Program-made: the position numbers and the translations under genes
Notes under the pieces: generated by a model
What the model was told of the DNA's origin: nothing
Databases searched by the model: none
Seen by the model: only the letters and a program-made list of their open reading frames with translations
Origin: Candidatus Hadarchaeales archaeon
GTDB lineage: Archaea; Hadarchaeota; Hadarchaeia; Hadarchaeales; Hadarchaeaceae
Direction: 5' to 3'
DNA length: 64,000 bases
Assembly (NCBI GenBank): GCA_038872135.1
Contig: JAVZGN010000002.1
Coordinates: 49,031 to 113,030 of the forward strand
Part shown: positions 1 through 10,503 of the stretch, piece by piece
How positions within the stretch are numbered: the stretch's first letter is position 1
Layout: every line of letters begins with the position of its first letter

Positions 1-895
1 TCGCAGAGTCTATGCCGCCCCCCGTGAGTGGATTCACCTGCCTCGCCGCATCCCCGACTATCAGGAGATTATCCCCAACCGTCTTCTTAGCCGGGCCGCA
101 GACTGGGACGCCCCCAACATTTATTTCCACCACCCTTCCCTTCGAGAGGTTGGGCATCCGCGCCACAAAATCCTTGAGATACTCCAGCGGCCTGCGCTCG
201 GCCCTGCTCCCGATAACTCCAAGACCAACATTTGCATAATCCTCTCCCTTCGGGAAAACCCATGCATAGCCTCCAGGAGAAATCCTGCTCCCCAGGTAGA
301 ACTCCAGCAGTTCCGGTGACTCTAGGTCAACATCAACCATCTGAAACTGGGCGCACGTTTCGATGTCTGAGGGGCGAACCGTTGTGTTTATTCCCGCCCA
401 TCTCGCCACCCTCGAACCAACACCGTCGGCGGCGATTATCACCTTGGCTCCAACTTCTATTTTCCCGTGGATTCCAGCTCCCCTCACCCCCGCCGGCTTC
501 CTATCCTTGAAGATGATGCCGTTCACATAAGTGCCCACCATCATGTCCGCCCCCGCTTCCACTGCTCTCAACGCCAGAAACTTGTCAAACTGCTTCCTGT
601 TCAGAAGGTATCCAACCTTCCCCCCGGCCCTCTCCGCAATTTTTATTTCTATGCCCCCCGGAGAAACTATCTTCACAGCTCTAGTCCTGTTTACCGCCCA
701 GATCTCGTCTGGTTTTATCTTCAGCTCCTTCAGGACATCCTCGGCGAGAGCCTCCCCACATTGAACCGGAACTCCAAGCTCCCGCCGCCTGTCTATCATC
801 AACACGCTCGCTCCATTCTTCACGGCAGCATAGGCCGCCGTGGACCCGGCAGGCCCTGCCCCCACAACCACAACATCATAATCTTTTCCTTGCAA
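1..895 (-). CDS. Digeranylgeranylglycerophospholipid reductase / geranylgeranyl reductase family flavoprotein (3' end runs off the window)
   Basis: Manual minus-strand translation from TTG at 895 gives QGKDYDVVVVGAGPAGSTAA (FAD-binding GxGxxG) and later GDAARQVNPLTGGGIDSA; not in the ORF track. Confidence 0.88.
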   Translation of the reverse strand, partial: MQGKDYDVVVVGAGPAGSTAAYAAVKNGASVLMIDRRRELGVPVQCGEALAEDVLKELKIKPDEIWAVNRTRAVKIVSPGGIEIKIAERAGGKVGYLLNRKQFDKFLALRAVEAGADMMVGTYVNGIIFKDRKPAGVRGAGIHGKIEVGAKVIIAADGVGSRVARWAGINTTVRPSDIETCAQFQMVDVDLESPELLEFYLGSRISPGGYAWVFPKGEDYANVGLGVIGSRAERRPLEYLKDFVARMPNLSKGRVVEINVGGVPVCGPAKKTVGDNLLIVGDAARQVNPLTGGGIDSA

Positions 896-1052
896 TTTCA
901 ATCGCCCCCACAGGGCATATCCTGGCGCACAACCCACACTCTGTGCACTTCTCCGTAGCCCAGACCGAGCCGTCAGTGGCCTCTATCGCATCCACGGGGC
1001 AGACGCTCACGCACGCCCCGCACCTCAGACAGAGCTGACCGTTAACCTTCAT
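876..1052 (-). CDS. 2x[4Fe-4S] ferredoxin, 58 aa
   Basis: Manual translation MKVNGQLCLRCGACVSVCPVDAI...KCTECGLCARICPVGAIEIARKRL; two CxxCxxCxxxCP motifs; overlaps the reductase start. Confidence 0.92.
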   Translation of the reverse strand: MKVNGQLCLRCGACVSVCPVDAIEATDGSVWATEKCTECGLCARICPVGAIEIARKRL

Positions 1053-2289
1053 CTTCCCAGAACTCCGTCAGTTTTTTCTGGACGCCTCCGACCACTTTTG
1101 GCATCCCAGGAAGTTCAATGTGACCATACTTTCCGCCTCCACCTGCGACAACCTTTAGATTTCCCTCCCTAAATGCCTTTATAACTTCCGCCACGCCATC
1201 CCCCGCCACTTCTCTCAGCTCCTCCAGCTGGGCGTTCACCAAGACTGAGATCTCGCTGCCAAACCTCGTGACAAGACTCCGCCACGTAGCCTGCACCTCC
1301 TCATCGTGCGGGTCTTTCCCACCTTTGGAGAGCGCAATGATCTCCGCCAGGGGAACTACTCTGAAATACCTTGGCCTGTGGGGTGGGTGCCTCGGCTCCG
1401 GGTAGCTTGCAAGCTCATTCACCCTGTCCCACACACCCTTCTTTATCCATCCCCCGCAGCTCTCGCACCTCCACTTCAGAGCTCTTGCCCTTTCAATGGA
1501 ATACTGGTTAAAGCATCTTGAGCATGCAGTTCGGTGATATTTTCCCAGCCTCGGGTCGAAGCCGACATTGAGAGAGATGCGCCTGCCTTCCTTCCTGAGA
1601 ATCGCCATTTTCACCTCATCGAAGGTTGGCTCCTGCAGCTCCATTCTATTGAACTCCCTCCCAAGCTTGTCTGGCCAGGGGCTGTGGGCATCGGAGCATG
1701 AGAGGAAGGTGACCTCCTGAAGCTCCGCTATCCTGTCAGCCATGTCTGAATCTGCGCTCAGCCCGAGCTCCAAGAAGCTCACCCGATCGCGCATATCCCC
1801 ATAGCAATCGCCCATTGAATCAAACTCTTTGTAAAGGCTGGTCCAAGGGGTAAAAGCATGCGCTGGACCTATGAGGCAACCGGCAGATGTGACAATTTCA
1901 GCTATTTCTGGGGCGCTCAACCCAACGGTGGCCCTTCCATCGGTGGCAATGTCCGGGGAGTGGCTCGAAAATTTTTCCCTCACAGTGTCCACCGCGCTCA
2001 AAGATGGAAAAATTATGAGATGGTGAACGCGGCTTGCGTCCTCAACCTCAGCCGTGAGAAGAAACCTGATTCCTGTCTCCTCATGCTCAAGTGTTCCGTC
2101 ATCCACCAACCGCAGGGTCTCCTCAACCTCCTCGCGCCAGGAGGGGTGGAAGATATCCCCGGTTCCGACTATCTCCAGCCCCTTGAGCCTCGCCTGTCGG
2201 GCAATTGTCTCTATATCCATCCTTGAGGAGGTTGCGCCGGAAAACCTTGAATGGATGTGGAGATCTGCATTGAATGGCTGGAGGTCCAA
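1042..2289 (-). CDS. endoQ: Endonuclease Q (PHP-domain DNA repair nuclease, TIGR00375-like)
   Basis: DLHIHSRFS, PAHAFTPW and SDAHS PHP motifs; C4 zinc finger; C-terminal PIP box QKKLTEFW. Confidence 0.88.
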   Translation of the reverse strand: MDLQPFNADLHIHSRFSGATSSRMDIETIARQARLKGLEIVGTGDIFHPSWREEVEETLRLVDDGTLEHEETGIRFLLTAEVEDASRVHHLIIFPSLSAVDTVREKFSSHSPDIATDGRATVGLSAPEIAEIVTSAGCLIGPAHAFTPWTSLYKEFDSMGDCYGDMRDRVSFLELGLSADSDMADRIAELQEVTFLSCSDAHSPWPDKLGREFNRMELQEPTFDEVKMAILRKEGRRISLNVGFDPRLGKYHRTACSRCFNQYSIERARALKWRCESCGGWIKKGVWDRVNELASYPEPRHPPHRPRYFRVVPLAEIIALSKGGKDPHDEEVQATWRSLVTRFGSEISVLVNAQLEELREVAGDGVAEVIKAFREGNLKVVAGGGGKYGHIELPGMPKVVGGVQKKLTEFWEDEG

Positions 2290-2293
2290 GCTA

Positions 2294-3058
2294 TCATCCT
2301 ATGTAGGGAGTCTCCTCACCCGCTCTTTTTTCCTCCTCCCTTGCCCTTCTCTCCATCTCTTTCTTGAGCTTTTCCATCAGCTGCTCTGTGGCTCTGGCCT
2401 TCTCTTCAAGATTCTGCATGCTTATCTTCAACTTTAAAACTCCCATCAGGATTTCAAGAACCTCTTTGGCCGCCCTGGGATCAACCATCATCCCGTGGGT
2501 CTCGCCGAGAAGGCAGAGCCCCTTCATGCCCCTGAGCCTTCCCTTGGCGATGAGAAGGCCCGCCGCCCCTATGATGGGCCCTCCTGTGATCTCCGAGGAT
2601 ATTGCACCGTAGGCCTCCGCCTCCCTCACAAGATCGATGTCGCCTAGAGCTATTACCTTCGGCTTCTCGGGAGTGTATCTTCCTGTTGCAAAGCCTCCGA
2701 GGGTGAAGAGGTACTGTGTCTTCATCTCCCAGACAAAATCTAGGACCCTCTCGACGATCTCATAGTGGCCCTCGGGAGTGGCAGACTGGACATCCCCAAC
2801 CCAGATAAGGAGATCCCTTCCATCGACCTGGACGTGATAGATTTCATTTCTAAGGGGCCTCATTATCCCTCCTGCGCCAATAGAAACGTGATGGGGGAAA
2901 TGGGGGGAGTAAAGCTCTGCAATCACCTTCCCCCTGAACTGTGAGAGAATGTGCTCCGCAGCAAGCTTTCCCACATAACCCATTCCCGGGAGCCCTTCGA
3001 TCAGCACAGGTTGGGTGAGCTTCGGCTTCTCAAGCACCCTTAGAATTGTCGTCTTCAT
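2294..3058 (-). CDS. PAC2-family proteasome assembly chaperone
   Basis: [36 protein letters not shown] motifs; start reassigned to MKTTIL at 3058, overlapping the nop10 stop. Confidence 0.88.
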   Translation of the reverse strand: MKTTILRVLEKPKLTQPVLIEGLPGMGYVGKLAAEHILSQFRGKVIAELYSPHFPHHVSIGAGGIMRPLRNEIYHVQVDGRDLLIWVGDVQSATPEGHYEIVERVLDFVWEMKTQYLFTLGGFATGRYTPEKPKVIALGDIDLVREAEAYGAISSEITGGPIIGAAGLLIAKGRLRGMKGLCLLGETHGMMVDPRAAKEVLEILMGVLKLKISMQNLEEKARATEQLMEKLKKEMERRAREEEKRAGEETPYIG

Positions 3059-3219
3059 TGATAAACACCAGCCTCCGCCTTCATCCTCCTCCTGTATTTC
3101 CCATAGGGATCCTGCGGTGAGAATCTTGGTGGGTGGGGCTGTCCTGTGGGGCTCTTGCAGGAGGGACAGAGTTCTTTGAAGGTGTAGATGTTGCAGGACT
3201 TGCACTTCCTCATCTTCAT
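3055..3219 (-). CDS. nop10: H/ACA RNP protein Nop10, 54 aa
   Basis: Manual translation [47 protein letters not shown]; conserved position after aIF2a. Confidence 0.95.
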   Translation of the reverse strand: MKMRKCKSCNIYTFKELCPSCKSPTGQPHPPRFSPQDPYGKYRRRMKAEAGVYQ

Positions 3220-4007
3220 TCCTCTCCCCTCACCAGCTCCCCTTTTCCGCCACTTTTCGAGATTTCTTCTATTGCTGTCTCCGCAAACCTCTTCAGCTGC
3301 GCCTCCCCAACCTTGTAAGAGGGTGCAACAATCTTTATCATGTATCTTGGAGCCCCGAGATATTGGATCTCCACCTTGACGCTCTCATCGCTCACAGCTT
3401 TCTCGGCCATCATCAGAGAAGATTTTATTAATTCAATGCCGTTGGGAGCAAAAGAGGTCAGCGAGAGTGTGCCGCTCACCATGAACCTTGGCTTTTCCAC
3501 AGTTGCCGCGGCCTGTTCCTCTATCAGCTTTGCCCACTTCTTACCGACGACCTCCTCGAGGGAGCCTGGCCTCTGAATTGCGGCCTCAAGAGCAGCATAG
3601 AGGTCGCCGAACTTCTCCTGGAGGGGGAATCCAGCCTCGGCATAAGCCTCATCCAAGGTTTTCCCAAGCTTCTGAGCCACTAGCTCCAGGAGCTTCTCCG
3701 CGCGCTGCTCAAGCTTCAGACGCTCCACCTTCCACCTTCTCTCGCTGTCCTTCACCCTCCTGATCGAGAGATCAACGCTCCTCCTCTCAGGGTCGGAGAA
3801 GAGAACCTTGCAAACCACCTTCTGCCCCTCCTTGATGTGATCGCGGATGTTCTTTATCCACCCAGATGCCACCTCTGAGATGTGCACCATCCCCTCCTTT
3901 CCCCCATACTCATCCAGGGAAACAAAGGCCCCTTGGGGGAAAATTTTAGTCACGGTGCAGAGAACTAGCTCTCCGGCTGATGGCCACTCAGCCCTACGCC
4001 TTACCAA
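3216..4007 (-). CDS. eif2a: Translation initiation factor aIF2 alpha subunit
   Basis: S1 domain [29 protein letters not shown]-terminal YLGAPRY. Confidence 0.96.
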   Translation of the reverse strand: MVRRRAEWPSAGELVLCTVTKIFPQGAFVSLDEYGGKEGMVHISEVASGWIKNIRDHIKEGQKVVCKVLFSDPERRSVDLSIRRVKDSERRWKVERLKLEQRAEKLLELVAQKLGKTLDEAYAEAGFPLQEKFGDLYAALEAAIQRPGSLEEVVGKKWAKLIEEQAAATVEKPRFMVSGTLSLTSFAPNGIELIKSSLMMAEKAVSDESVKVEIQYLGAPRYMIKIVAPSYKVGEAQLKRFAETAIEEISKSGGKGELVRGEE

Positions 4008-4185
4008 AAGGCTCAGCCTCCCCGATCACTATCCCCTTCACCTTCGCTTTCCCTCCCGCCGGAACTGCCAGAGTCTTCTCGCACACCCTACATCTCACGA
4101 CAGTTGTGGCGTGGCTGAAGATCACCTGCTCATTGCCGCAGCCGGTGCATCTCACCTTGATGAACCTTCCTCCCAAGGCCATCAC
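3994..4185 (-). CDS. rps27e: 30S ribosomal protein S27e
   Basis: [40 protein letters not shown]. Confidence 0.96.
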   Translation of the reverse strand: MMALGGRFIKVRCTGCGNEQVIFSHATTVVRCRVCEKTLAVPAGGKAKVKGIVIGEAEPFGKA

Positions 4186-4460
4186 TCCTCAAACTTTATC
4201 GCCTTGCTCCTGAACCCCTTCCTTGGGTGGGATTTCCCGCAAACAGAGCATTTCAGGAGGAGGGATATTTTCTTCGCCGTCTTGAAGAATTTTCTCTGCT
4301 CCGACCTTGGCTGGCTCCCGTAGCCCCTCATGACCCTCATGAACTGGCGCTGCCCCCAGCTTAGAGGGCTCGCCGAGCGCTTCTTCACCTGGGAGACGGT
4401 GTGCTCGGTGTGCCTTTTGCATGTGGGGCAGTATGTTTTGATTTTTTTCGGGACCTTCAT
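4182..4460 (-). CDS. rpl44e: 50S ribosomal protein L44e
   Basis: [20 protein letters not shown]...GYGSQP...LKCSVCGK. Confidence 0.96.
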   Translation of the reverse strand: MKVPKKIKTYCPTCKRHTEHTVSQVKKRSASPLSWGQRQFMRVMRGYGSQPRSEQRKFFKTAKKISLLLKCSVCGKSHPRKGFRSKAIKFEE

Positions 4461-4568
4461 CGATATCACCCAGACTTCTCAATCCTGGGGATAAAAACTC
4501 TTCTTCATCGGAAGCTTTCAAGCTCTGGACTGCCCGCATTCTCCTGAAAATTTATGGAATCTAGTCGC

Positions 4569-5123
4569 TCAAGTCTTTATCTTTATCCTCTTCAAATACC
4601 CGTGCCTTTCGAGGAAGCTCACATTCCACTCAGGCAGATTGACCAGGTCCCCCTTCTTGAATGGCCCGTAGAATTTGGCATCTGCTCCAGCAATTTTCTC
4701 CTGAAGATCTGTTAGGAAGATGGCGGGGGCTCTCGTCTTTGTCGGTGGTGCAGAAAGATCTATTGCTCCGCTCAGGGCCGGCTCAAGAGTCTTCGCAGTC
4801 AGACCCTCCAGGATCTCTCTTATTCCCATGAAGCTCGCCCTTTCCTGCTCAAGAGCTGCTGGAGGAATTTTGCCCGCTGCGATTTCCTTCAGAGCTTTCG
4901 AGACCCTGACCACATGGATTCCCCTGAGGAAAAATGATGCTGCCCTCAGCTCTCTATCCGCAAGCTCCTTCTGGAGAAGCTCCCCCCTGGCCAGCTCCTG
5001 CCTGAGATATGCTATGAGCTTTGCCGCATCCCGGTAGAAATGCTCGGGAAGCTCCGTGAGGTCCTTCGAGGAGAGCTCCCGGTTGTAAACTTCAATCAAG
5101 GTTTCGATTGTTATTTCCGTCAT
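4569..5123 (-). CDS. GINS complex subunit (Gins15/Gins51 type)
   Basis: LTELPEHFY helical A domain; B domain GADAKFYGPFKKGDLVNLP; lies between priS and rpl44e. Confidence 0.8.
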   Translation of the reverse strand: MTEITIETLIEVYNRELSSKDLTELPEHFYRDAAKLIAYLRQELARGELLQKELADRELRAASFFLRGIHVVRVSKALKEIAAGKIPPAALEQERASFMGIREILEGLTAKTLEPALSGAIDLSAPPTKTRAPAIFLTDLQEKIAGADAKFYGPFKKGDLVNLPEWNVSFLERHGYLKRIKIKT

Positions 5124-6073
5124 TCTCTCCTCTCCTTCACAAATTTTGGGATGGCGTCCTCGAGCCTGAAGCTTTCGAGATTCTTCACAACAATGCACTT
5201 CATGCTGACTCCTGAGTGGAGGGAAGATGGAAGGCGCAGAATTCTCTTTGTGTCGACAGTGACCTTTCCATCTGTGAACTCTGAGTTGAGCCTCGCCAGA
5301 GCAGAAAGGAGCTTTGTGATCGTTTCCGCGCCAAGGCCCTTCAGGCTGAAAATCTCATCGGTGTTGCCACTTCTGAGACAGTTTATGATGTGCTGCTTTT
5401 CCTCCAGGAGCCTAGCAAGAGTTCTCCTGACACCCACCTCCGCCGCCAGCCTCTTCTCATCCATCTTCTCAAGGGTTCTCGCCGCCCTCTCCCTGAAGAC
5501 CTTTGAATATCCAAGGAGAAGGGAGAGATTTGACGGGACCACCCCGCCAGCTACATATGTCACAAACTGGCTCCTCTCCGTGGTCTCAAGATGCATGGCT
5601 GCCTCATCCAGAATCCTTATGTGAAAGCCCCTGCCTGAATAGGAGGTCACGATGTTTCTGAATCCCAGGTCGCCCTTTAAGGTATCGATGAACTCCAGCG
5701 CCACATCCCTCGCCTGGTAGATGCATGACTCGCACACCTTTCCCTCGGCGCAGCCGCAGGATTTGACGGGGAGATCTTTTGCATCTATGTCCAGGGCCAG
5801 CTCCGCCTTCAGCCACCCCTCGCGCTTTGTGGGCCTTTCATAGAGGGCGACGCTGGTGTAGGCGGAGTAGGGGGCCATGTTTTTCAAAAATTCCTCAAGC
5901 TGCTCGACCGTCATGAACTGGTTGTATCTGTGGCTGGGGCCGCTCCCGTCAAGGTCAAAACCGAACTCTCTGAGGGAAAGGGTCTGACGGACGAAATCTG
6001 GGAGGTCCCGCTTGTTCCACTCTTCCCTGTAGAAAATCTGCCGCTCATCTCTCGTTGCCTCCCTCATCAGCAT
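5120..6073 (-). CDS. priS: DNA primase small (catalytic) subunit
   Basis: REFGFD, ELALDIDAKD, YSGRGFHI, VTVDTKRILRLPSSLH. Confidence 0.96.
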   Translation of the reverse strand: MLMREATRDERQIFYREEWNKRDLPDFVRQTLSLREFGFDLDGSGPSHRYNQFMTVEQLEEFLKNMAPYSAYTSVALYERPTKREGWLKAELALDIDAKDLPVKSCGCAEGKVCESCIYQARDVALEFIDTLKGDLGFRNIVTSYSGRGFHIRILDEAAMHLETTERSQFVTYVAGGVVPSNLSLLLGYSKVFRERAARTLEKMDEKRLAAEVGVRRTLARLLEEKQHIINCLRSGNTDEIFSLKGLGAETITKLLSALARLNSEFTDGKVTVDTKRILRLPSSLHSGVSMKCIVVKNLESFRLEDAIPKFVKERRE

Positions 6074-6223
6074 GATGTCCCCATCTAAGTTAAGGTGCGA
6101 AGGAAAAAAGCATCACTATTTGGGGGGCCACGGTCATCACCACATCATCCTGCAAAGGCAACCGGTCGGGACAGGCGACCACCCTCTATTTTAACCCGGT
6201 CTGCGACTTTCTTACGGTGGGGC

Positions 6224-7102
6224 ATGAAAATCTCCGAGACAAGCGCAAGGGATGTGGGGCTGGCGATCCCCCAGCGAAAGCCAGAGGCTCACAAAGGGGA
6301 CTTTGGGAGGTTGCTTGTGATCGGTGGCAGCCCTAGATATGTGGGCGCCCCAGCCCTAGCGGCTTTAGCTGCCCTCAGAAGCGGGGTGGACCTCGCGATT
6401 GTCGCCGCCCCGGAGAAGGTAGCCTGGATGATAAACTCCTTTTCCCCAGATCTCATCACGGTAAAGTTGCCCTGCGAGGAGCTGGAGCCCTCAGTCATTC
6501 CCTCCTTAAAAGAAGAACTCGCAAAAGCCACAGCTCTTGTCATCGGGCCTGGGCTCTCTGGCTCACAAAAAGTTTTGTCGGCCGTCCGCGAGATCATCGA
6601 GATCCTAAAGGGAGAATTCTCATCGTTGCCCGCGGTCTTCGACGCAGACGCCCTGAAACCATTTGCAGAAATTAAACAGCGCCTCGAGATGCCCTGGATT
6701 TTAACCCCTCACGCAGGAGAGTTTAGGTTGCTCACCGGTGAAGAACTCCCTGGCTCCACTCAGGAAAGGGCAGAAGCTGTTGCCGCCCTCTCTCAGAGGA
6801 TGGGAGTTACCGTTCTCTTGAAGGGCCATGCGGACATCATTGTATCTCCAGATGGGAGGGTAAAAATAAACAGGACTGGGAATCCGGGGATGACCGTCGG
6901 TGGTACCGGGGATGTCCTTGCGGGGGTGGTTGGGGCCTTCCTCGCCCAGAAGAACCTTCCATTTGCCGCGGCTGCCGCCGGGGCGTGGGCCTGCGGAAGG
7001 GCGGGCGACCTCTGCCTCAAAGAAATCGGATATGAGTTCACAGCCTCAGATGTAATAAATATGCTCCCGTATGTCTTTAGAGAGATTAGGAGGCGGAGAT
7101 GA
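6224..7102 (+). CDS. nnrD: ADP-dependent NAD(P)H-hydrate dehydratase (YjeF C-terminal)
   Basis: [35 protein letters not shown]; start taken at MKISE. Confidence 0.92.
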   Translation: MKISETSARDVGLAIPQRKPEAHKGDFGRLLVIGGSPRYVGAPALAALAALRSGVDLAIVAAPEKVAWMINSFSPDLITVKLPCEELEPSVIPSLKEELAKATALVIGPGLSGSQKVLSAVREIIEILKGEFSSLPAVFDADALKPFAEIKQRLEMPWILTPHAGEFRLLTGEELPGSTQERAEAVAALSQRMGVTVLLKGHADIIVSPDGRVKINRTGNPGMTVGGTGDVLAGVVGAFLAQKNLPFAAAAAGAWACGRAGDLCLKEIGYEFTASDVINMLPYVFREIRRRR

Positions 7103-7248
7103 TGGCTAGGTTTGAGGTGGCCGAAAAGAGGCTCTTCAATGTGCTGATATGCATGAAGTGCAATGCCAGAAATCCCATCAAGGCTACAAAATGCCGGAAG
7201 TGTGGATACAAGGGGCTCAGGCCAAAATCGAAGGAGCCGAAGGGATAA
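7102..7248 (+). CDS. rpl40e: 50S ribosomal protein L40e, 48 aa
   Basis: Manual translation [48 protein letters not shown]. Confidence 0.96.
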   Translation: MARFEVAEKRLFNVLICMKCNARNPIKATKCRKCGYKGLRPKSKEPKG

Positions 7249-7252
7249 ACCC

Positions 7253-8020
7253 ATGACTGAGAAACCTGTTGAAAAACACCTGAAAGATGTTATCAAAAGG
7301 GATGGAGTGGCTCACCTCACGCTGATAGACCCTGCAAAGCAGAAGCCCGAGGTGGCCGGGGAGATGGCCAGAGATGCTGAGATAGCCGGCACAAATGGAA
7401 TAATGGTCGGGGGATCCACGAAAGCTACAGGGAAGATCCTCGACGAAACTGTCCTAGCAATCAAGCGCAGGAGCAGCCTGCCGGTCATCCTCTTCCCAGC
7501 CAGCGAAGGGGGAATAACTCACTATGCTGATGCAATCTTTTTCATGAGCCTCCTGAACTCCCGAGATCCCTATTTCATCACAGGGGCGCAGATGAGGGGA
7601 GCACCTCTGGTGAAGAAGTTTGGGCTGGAGCCGATTCCGATGGCCTACATTCTGATTGAGCCTGGGGGAACTGCCGGGAAAGTTGGGAAGGCTGAGCTAA
7701 TTCCCCGCGACTCCCCCGAAACCGCTGCTGCCTATGCTCTCGCCGCCCAGTATCTTGGAATGAGCTTTGTCTATCTTGAAGCCGGGTCGGGGGCGGAGGA
7801 ACCGGTCCCAGTCGAGATGGTCAGGGCTGTGAAGAAGGAGATAGAAATCCCGCTGATAGTTGGAGGGGGGATAAGAGAGCCTGAGGCCGCGGAAGAGATA
7901 GTGAAAGCTGGAGCAGACATCATAGTTACTGGGACTGTTGTTGAAAAGGCGACGGACAGGGCCACAGAGCTGAAGAGGATCATAGACGCTGCAAAGAAGG
8001 TCGGAAGGAAGCCTACTTGA
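7253..8020 (+). CDS. Geranylgeranylglyceryl phosphate synthase
   Basis: HLTLIDP, IMVGGS, SLLNSRDPYFITG, YLEAGSGA, VGGGIR; start MTEKP follows rpl40e. Confidence 0.93.
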   Translation: MTEKPVEKHLKDVIKRDGVAHLTLIDPAKQKPEVAGEMARDAEIAGTNGIMVGGSTKATGKILDETVLAIKRRSSLPVILFPASEGGITHYADAIFFMSLLNSRDPYFITGAQMRGAPLVKKFGLEPIPMAYILIEPGGTAGKVGKAELIPRDSPETAAAYALAAQYLGMSFVYLEAGSGAEEPVPVEMVRAVKKEIEIPLIVGGGIREPEAAEEIVKAGADIIVTGTVVEKATDRATELKRIIDAAKKVGRKPT

Positions 8021-8237
8021 TGAGCCCCCTGTGCTTTGCGCAGGAGATGCAGGCGTAAGCCTTCTGGTAGGGGAGAAAAACCCTTCTCCTGTCGATGCCC
8101 GGGATATTTTTCAAATCTATTCCAGGGCCCCGTCTCACCTCAACTGCCTTCACCCTCGGGGTGAGGCGCCCGCAGTAGACACATGAGACCGGTTGGCTCC
8201 TTCCACCCACCTTGTAAAGTCCCCATTTCTTTCCCAT
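8013..8237 (-). CDS. rps26e: 30S ribosomal protein S26e-like (eS26)
   Basis: Basic 74-aa protein GRSQPVSCVYCGRLTPRVKAV...YACISCAKHRGLIK matching the eS26 pattern CxxCGRxxPxxKA...CxxCAxH. Confidence 0.72.
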   Translation of the reverse strand: MGKKWGLYKVGGRSQPVSCVYCGRLTPRVKAVEVRRGPGIDLKNIPGIDRRRVFLPYQKAYACISCAKHRGLIK

Positions 8238-8406
8238 GACTATCGCTACCTCTCTTCTTTTGCCGCTATAACTGTTGTGCTTTGAGAAGAATCATCAGCT
8301 ATTATAACCCTGAGAGTTTCACAGACTCCATTCTGAAAAAAGCCTGAAATTTAGTGATGCACAAAGATGTTATAGAGCCGCAGACAAAGGTTCATCTGGG
8401 AAATCA

Positions 8407-10503
8407 ATGCAGGGGTCTCCAGACATCCTCAGCAATCCCCTCCTCAGAAAAGAGCTACTGGAGAAAAGGGAGTACCAGGTGAATGTCGCGAGAGAGGCCA
8501 TAAGAAAAAACACCCTCGTGGTTCTCCCGACTGCCCTGGGAAAAACCATCATCGCTGTTTTAACCGCCGCCCACTTCCTCTACAACTACAGAAAAATGAA
8601 GGTCCTAGTAATGGCCCCAACAAAACCTCTAGTCCTCCAGCACAGAAACACCTTCCTGAGACTCCTCAAGCTTAGATCAGAAGATGTTGAGGTCCTCACT
8701 GGAAAATCTCCCCCGGCCTACAGGCTCAAGGCGTGGGAGGGGAACGCAAAGGTCTACTTCGCCACTCCCCAGGTTGTGAACAACGATCATGAAAAAGGGC
8801 TGAGACTCGACAAATTCAGCCTCCTCGTCTTCGACGAGTGCCACAGGGCCAGGAAAAACTACGCCTACACCAAAGTCGCTCAGGCCTACGTCTCTGAATC
8901 TCCCCATCCGATGATCCTTGCCATGACTGCGAGTCCTGGAGCCGAAAGGAAAAAGATAGAAGAGCTCTGCAGGGCCCTTTTCATCGAGCATGTAGAGATG
9001 AGAAGCGAGGAGGATCCCGATGTTCAGCCCTATGTTGGGAAGATCGGGCTGGAGTGGAAGATTCTCCCCTTCCCCCAATCCTACCGGGAAATCCACCAAA
9101 AAATCAAGGAAATGCTCGAGAATAGGCTGACCTCCCTCTCCTCCATGGGGGTGATAAAAAAGCATCCAAAATTCATCTTCAGAAATGATCTGCTGGAGGC
9201 CGGGGAGAAACTCAGAGAAATGCTCGCCTCAGCGCACGGTCCTGAGAGGGGCAAAATCTTTGGAGCAATCTTGCTGCAGTCTTCGGCCATGACCCTCTAC
9301 CATGCTCTCGAACTCCTGGAGAGCCAAGGGCTTCACACCTTCGCCAGCTTTCTGGAAAAGCTGAGGAAAAGCGGGAAGAGAAGCCACCGCTCGATTGTGA
9401 ATGAGATGGAGAGGGCCGGGATCTTTCAGAAACTTGAGGAAAAGGAGGAGCACCCGAAAATAAAAATCCTGGAGTCGGAGGTCAGGCAGCAACTCCTCGC
9501 CAACCCCTCCTCAAAAGTCATTGTCTTCACCCAGTACCGGGACACCTCCTCCTGGATCGTGGAGAGGCTCAGAAAGCTGGGGATATGGGCGGAGAGATTC
9601 GTGGGGCAGGCCGACAGGGAGGAGGAAAGGGGAATGAGCCAGGATGAGCAGGCGAGGCTCTTGGAGAAGTTCAGAGAAGGCAAGGTGAGGGTCTTGGTGG
9701 CCACCAGCATTGCCGAGGAAGGCCTTGACATCCCAAATGTTGACCTTGTGGTCTTCTATGAGCCTGTCCCAAGCGAGATAAGATACATCCAGAGGAAGGG
9801 GAGGACGGGAAGGGGGAAGTTTGGAAGGGTTGTGATCCTCGCGACCGAGAATTCCCTAGACACCACCTACCTGAGGAGCAGCAGGAAAAAGGTGGAGAGA
9901 ATGAGAAGAATGATCAAACGGCTGAACATGGAGCTTTCGCCGATCATGAGGTTTGGGCCCCAGCCCCCTCTAGATCCAATGACACCGGATGAAATTGCGG
10001 AGGCCGAAAAACTAGCACCGCCCGAGGAGATGGGAAGGGAGGATTTCGAGGAGTTGGAGGATCTGAAGCTCAAAGAGTTCAACCGGGAGGTGAACAGGGC
10101 AGCGAGGAAGCTCCTCACCACCGTGCTGAAGAGCGGGCGTGAAGGAGTCCAGGTGGAGGAGCTTGAAAAGGAGATGCCGCCTGCGATCGTGAGGGAGGCA
10201 ACGGGAAGGCTTCTTTCTAGCAACCTGGTGGAAGAAATCGATGGGAAAATCCTGCCGGCTGGAATCGGGGGAGAGAAATGGCCGGAGAGCAAGCTCCACA
10301 CCTTTGAGGTGGAGAAGATTCTTCCCGGGATGGCAATTCTTCTCGTCGACGAGAAGTGGAGGGCGATTCTCACCCCCGATAGTTATGAGGGGCCAAGAGA
10401 TCTTCTGAAAAAAGGCATAAGGTTCAGGGCTGCCGCTGACCTTTATAAAAGAGAGGGGCGGCTGCATGCCAGGGTCTGGGGAATCGAGTCTGTGCTCAGC
10501 TAG
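8407..10503 (+). CDS. hef: Hef/FANCM-like (ERCC4-related) SF2 helicase
   Basis: LPTALGKT, DECHRA, TASPG, VFTQYRDT, ATSIAEEGLDIP, QRKGRTGR. Confidence 0.9.
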   Translation: MQGSPDILSNPLLRKELLEKREYQVNVAREAIRKNTLVVLPTALGKTIIAVLTAAHFLYNYRKMKVLVMAPTKPLVLQHRNTFLRLLKLRSEDVEVLTGKSPPAYRLKAWEGNAKVYFATPQVVNNDHEKGLRLDKFSLLVFDECHRARKNYAYTKVAQAYVSESPHPMILAMTASPGAERKKIEELCRALFIEHVEMRSEEDPDVQPYVGKIGLEWKILPFPQSYREIHQKIKEMLENRLTSLSSMGVIKKHPKFIFRNDLLEAGEKLREMLASAHGPERGKIFGAILLQSSAMTLYHALELLESQGLHTFASFLEKLRKSGKRSHRSIVNEMERAGIFQKLEEKEEHPKIKILESEVRQQLLANPSSKVIVFTQYRDTSSWIVERLRKLGIWAERFVGQADREEERGMSQDEQARLLEKFREGKVRVLVATSIAEEGLDIPNVDLVVFYEPVPSEIRYIQRKGRTGRGKFGRVVILATENSLDTTYLRSSRKKVERMRRMIKRLNMELSPIMRFGPQPPLDPMTPDEIAEAEKLAPPEEMGREDFEELEDLKLKEFNREVNRAARKLLTTVLKSGREGVQVEELEKEMPPAIVREATGRLLSSNLVEEIDGKILPAGIGGEKWPESKLHTFEVEKILPGMAILLVDEKWRAILTPDSYEGPRDLLKKGIRFRAAADLYKREGRLHARVWGIESVLS

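Noticed and set aside
12-958. Plus-strand ORFs at the window start and the many antisense ORFs in the track
   Set aside because: They are shadows of well-supported genes on the opposite strand and have atypical composition.
7163-7252. N-terminal extensions of the GGGP synthase, PAC2, NreA and QueD ORFs
   Set aside because: They overlap real genes (rpl40e, nop10, dph2) or promoter DNA; downstream starts fit the families better.
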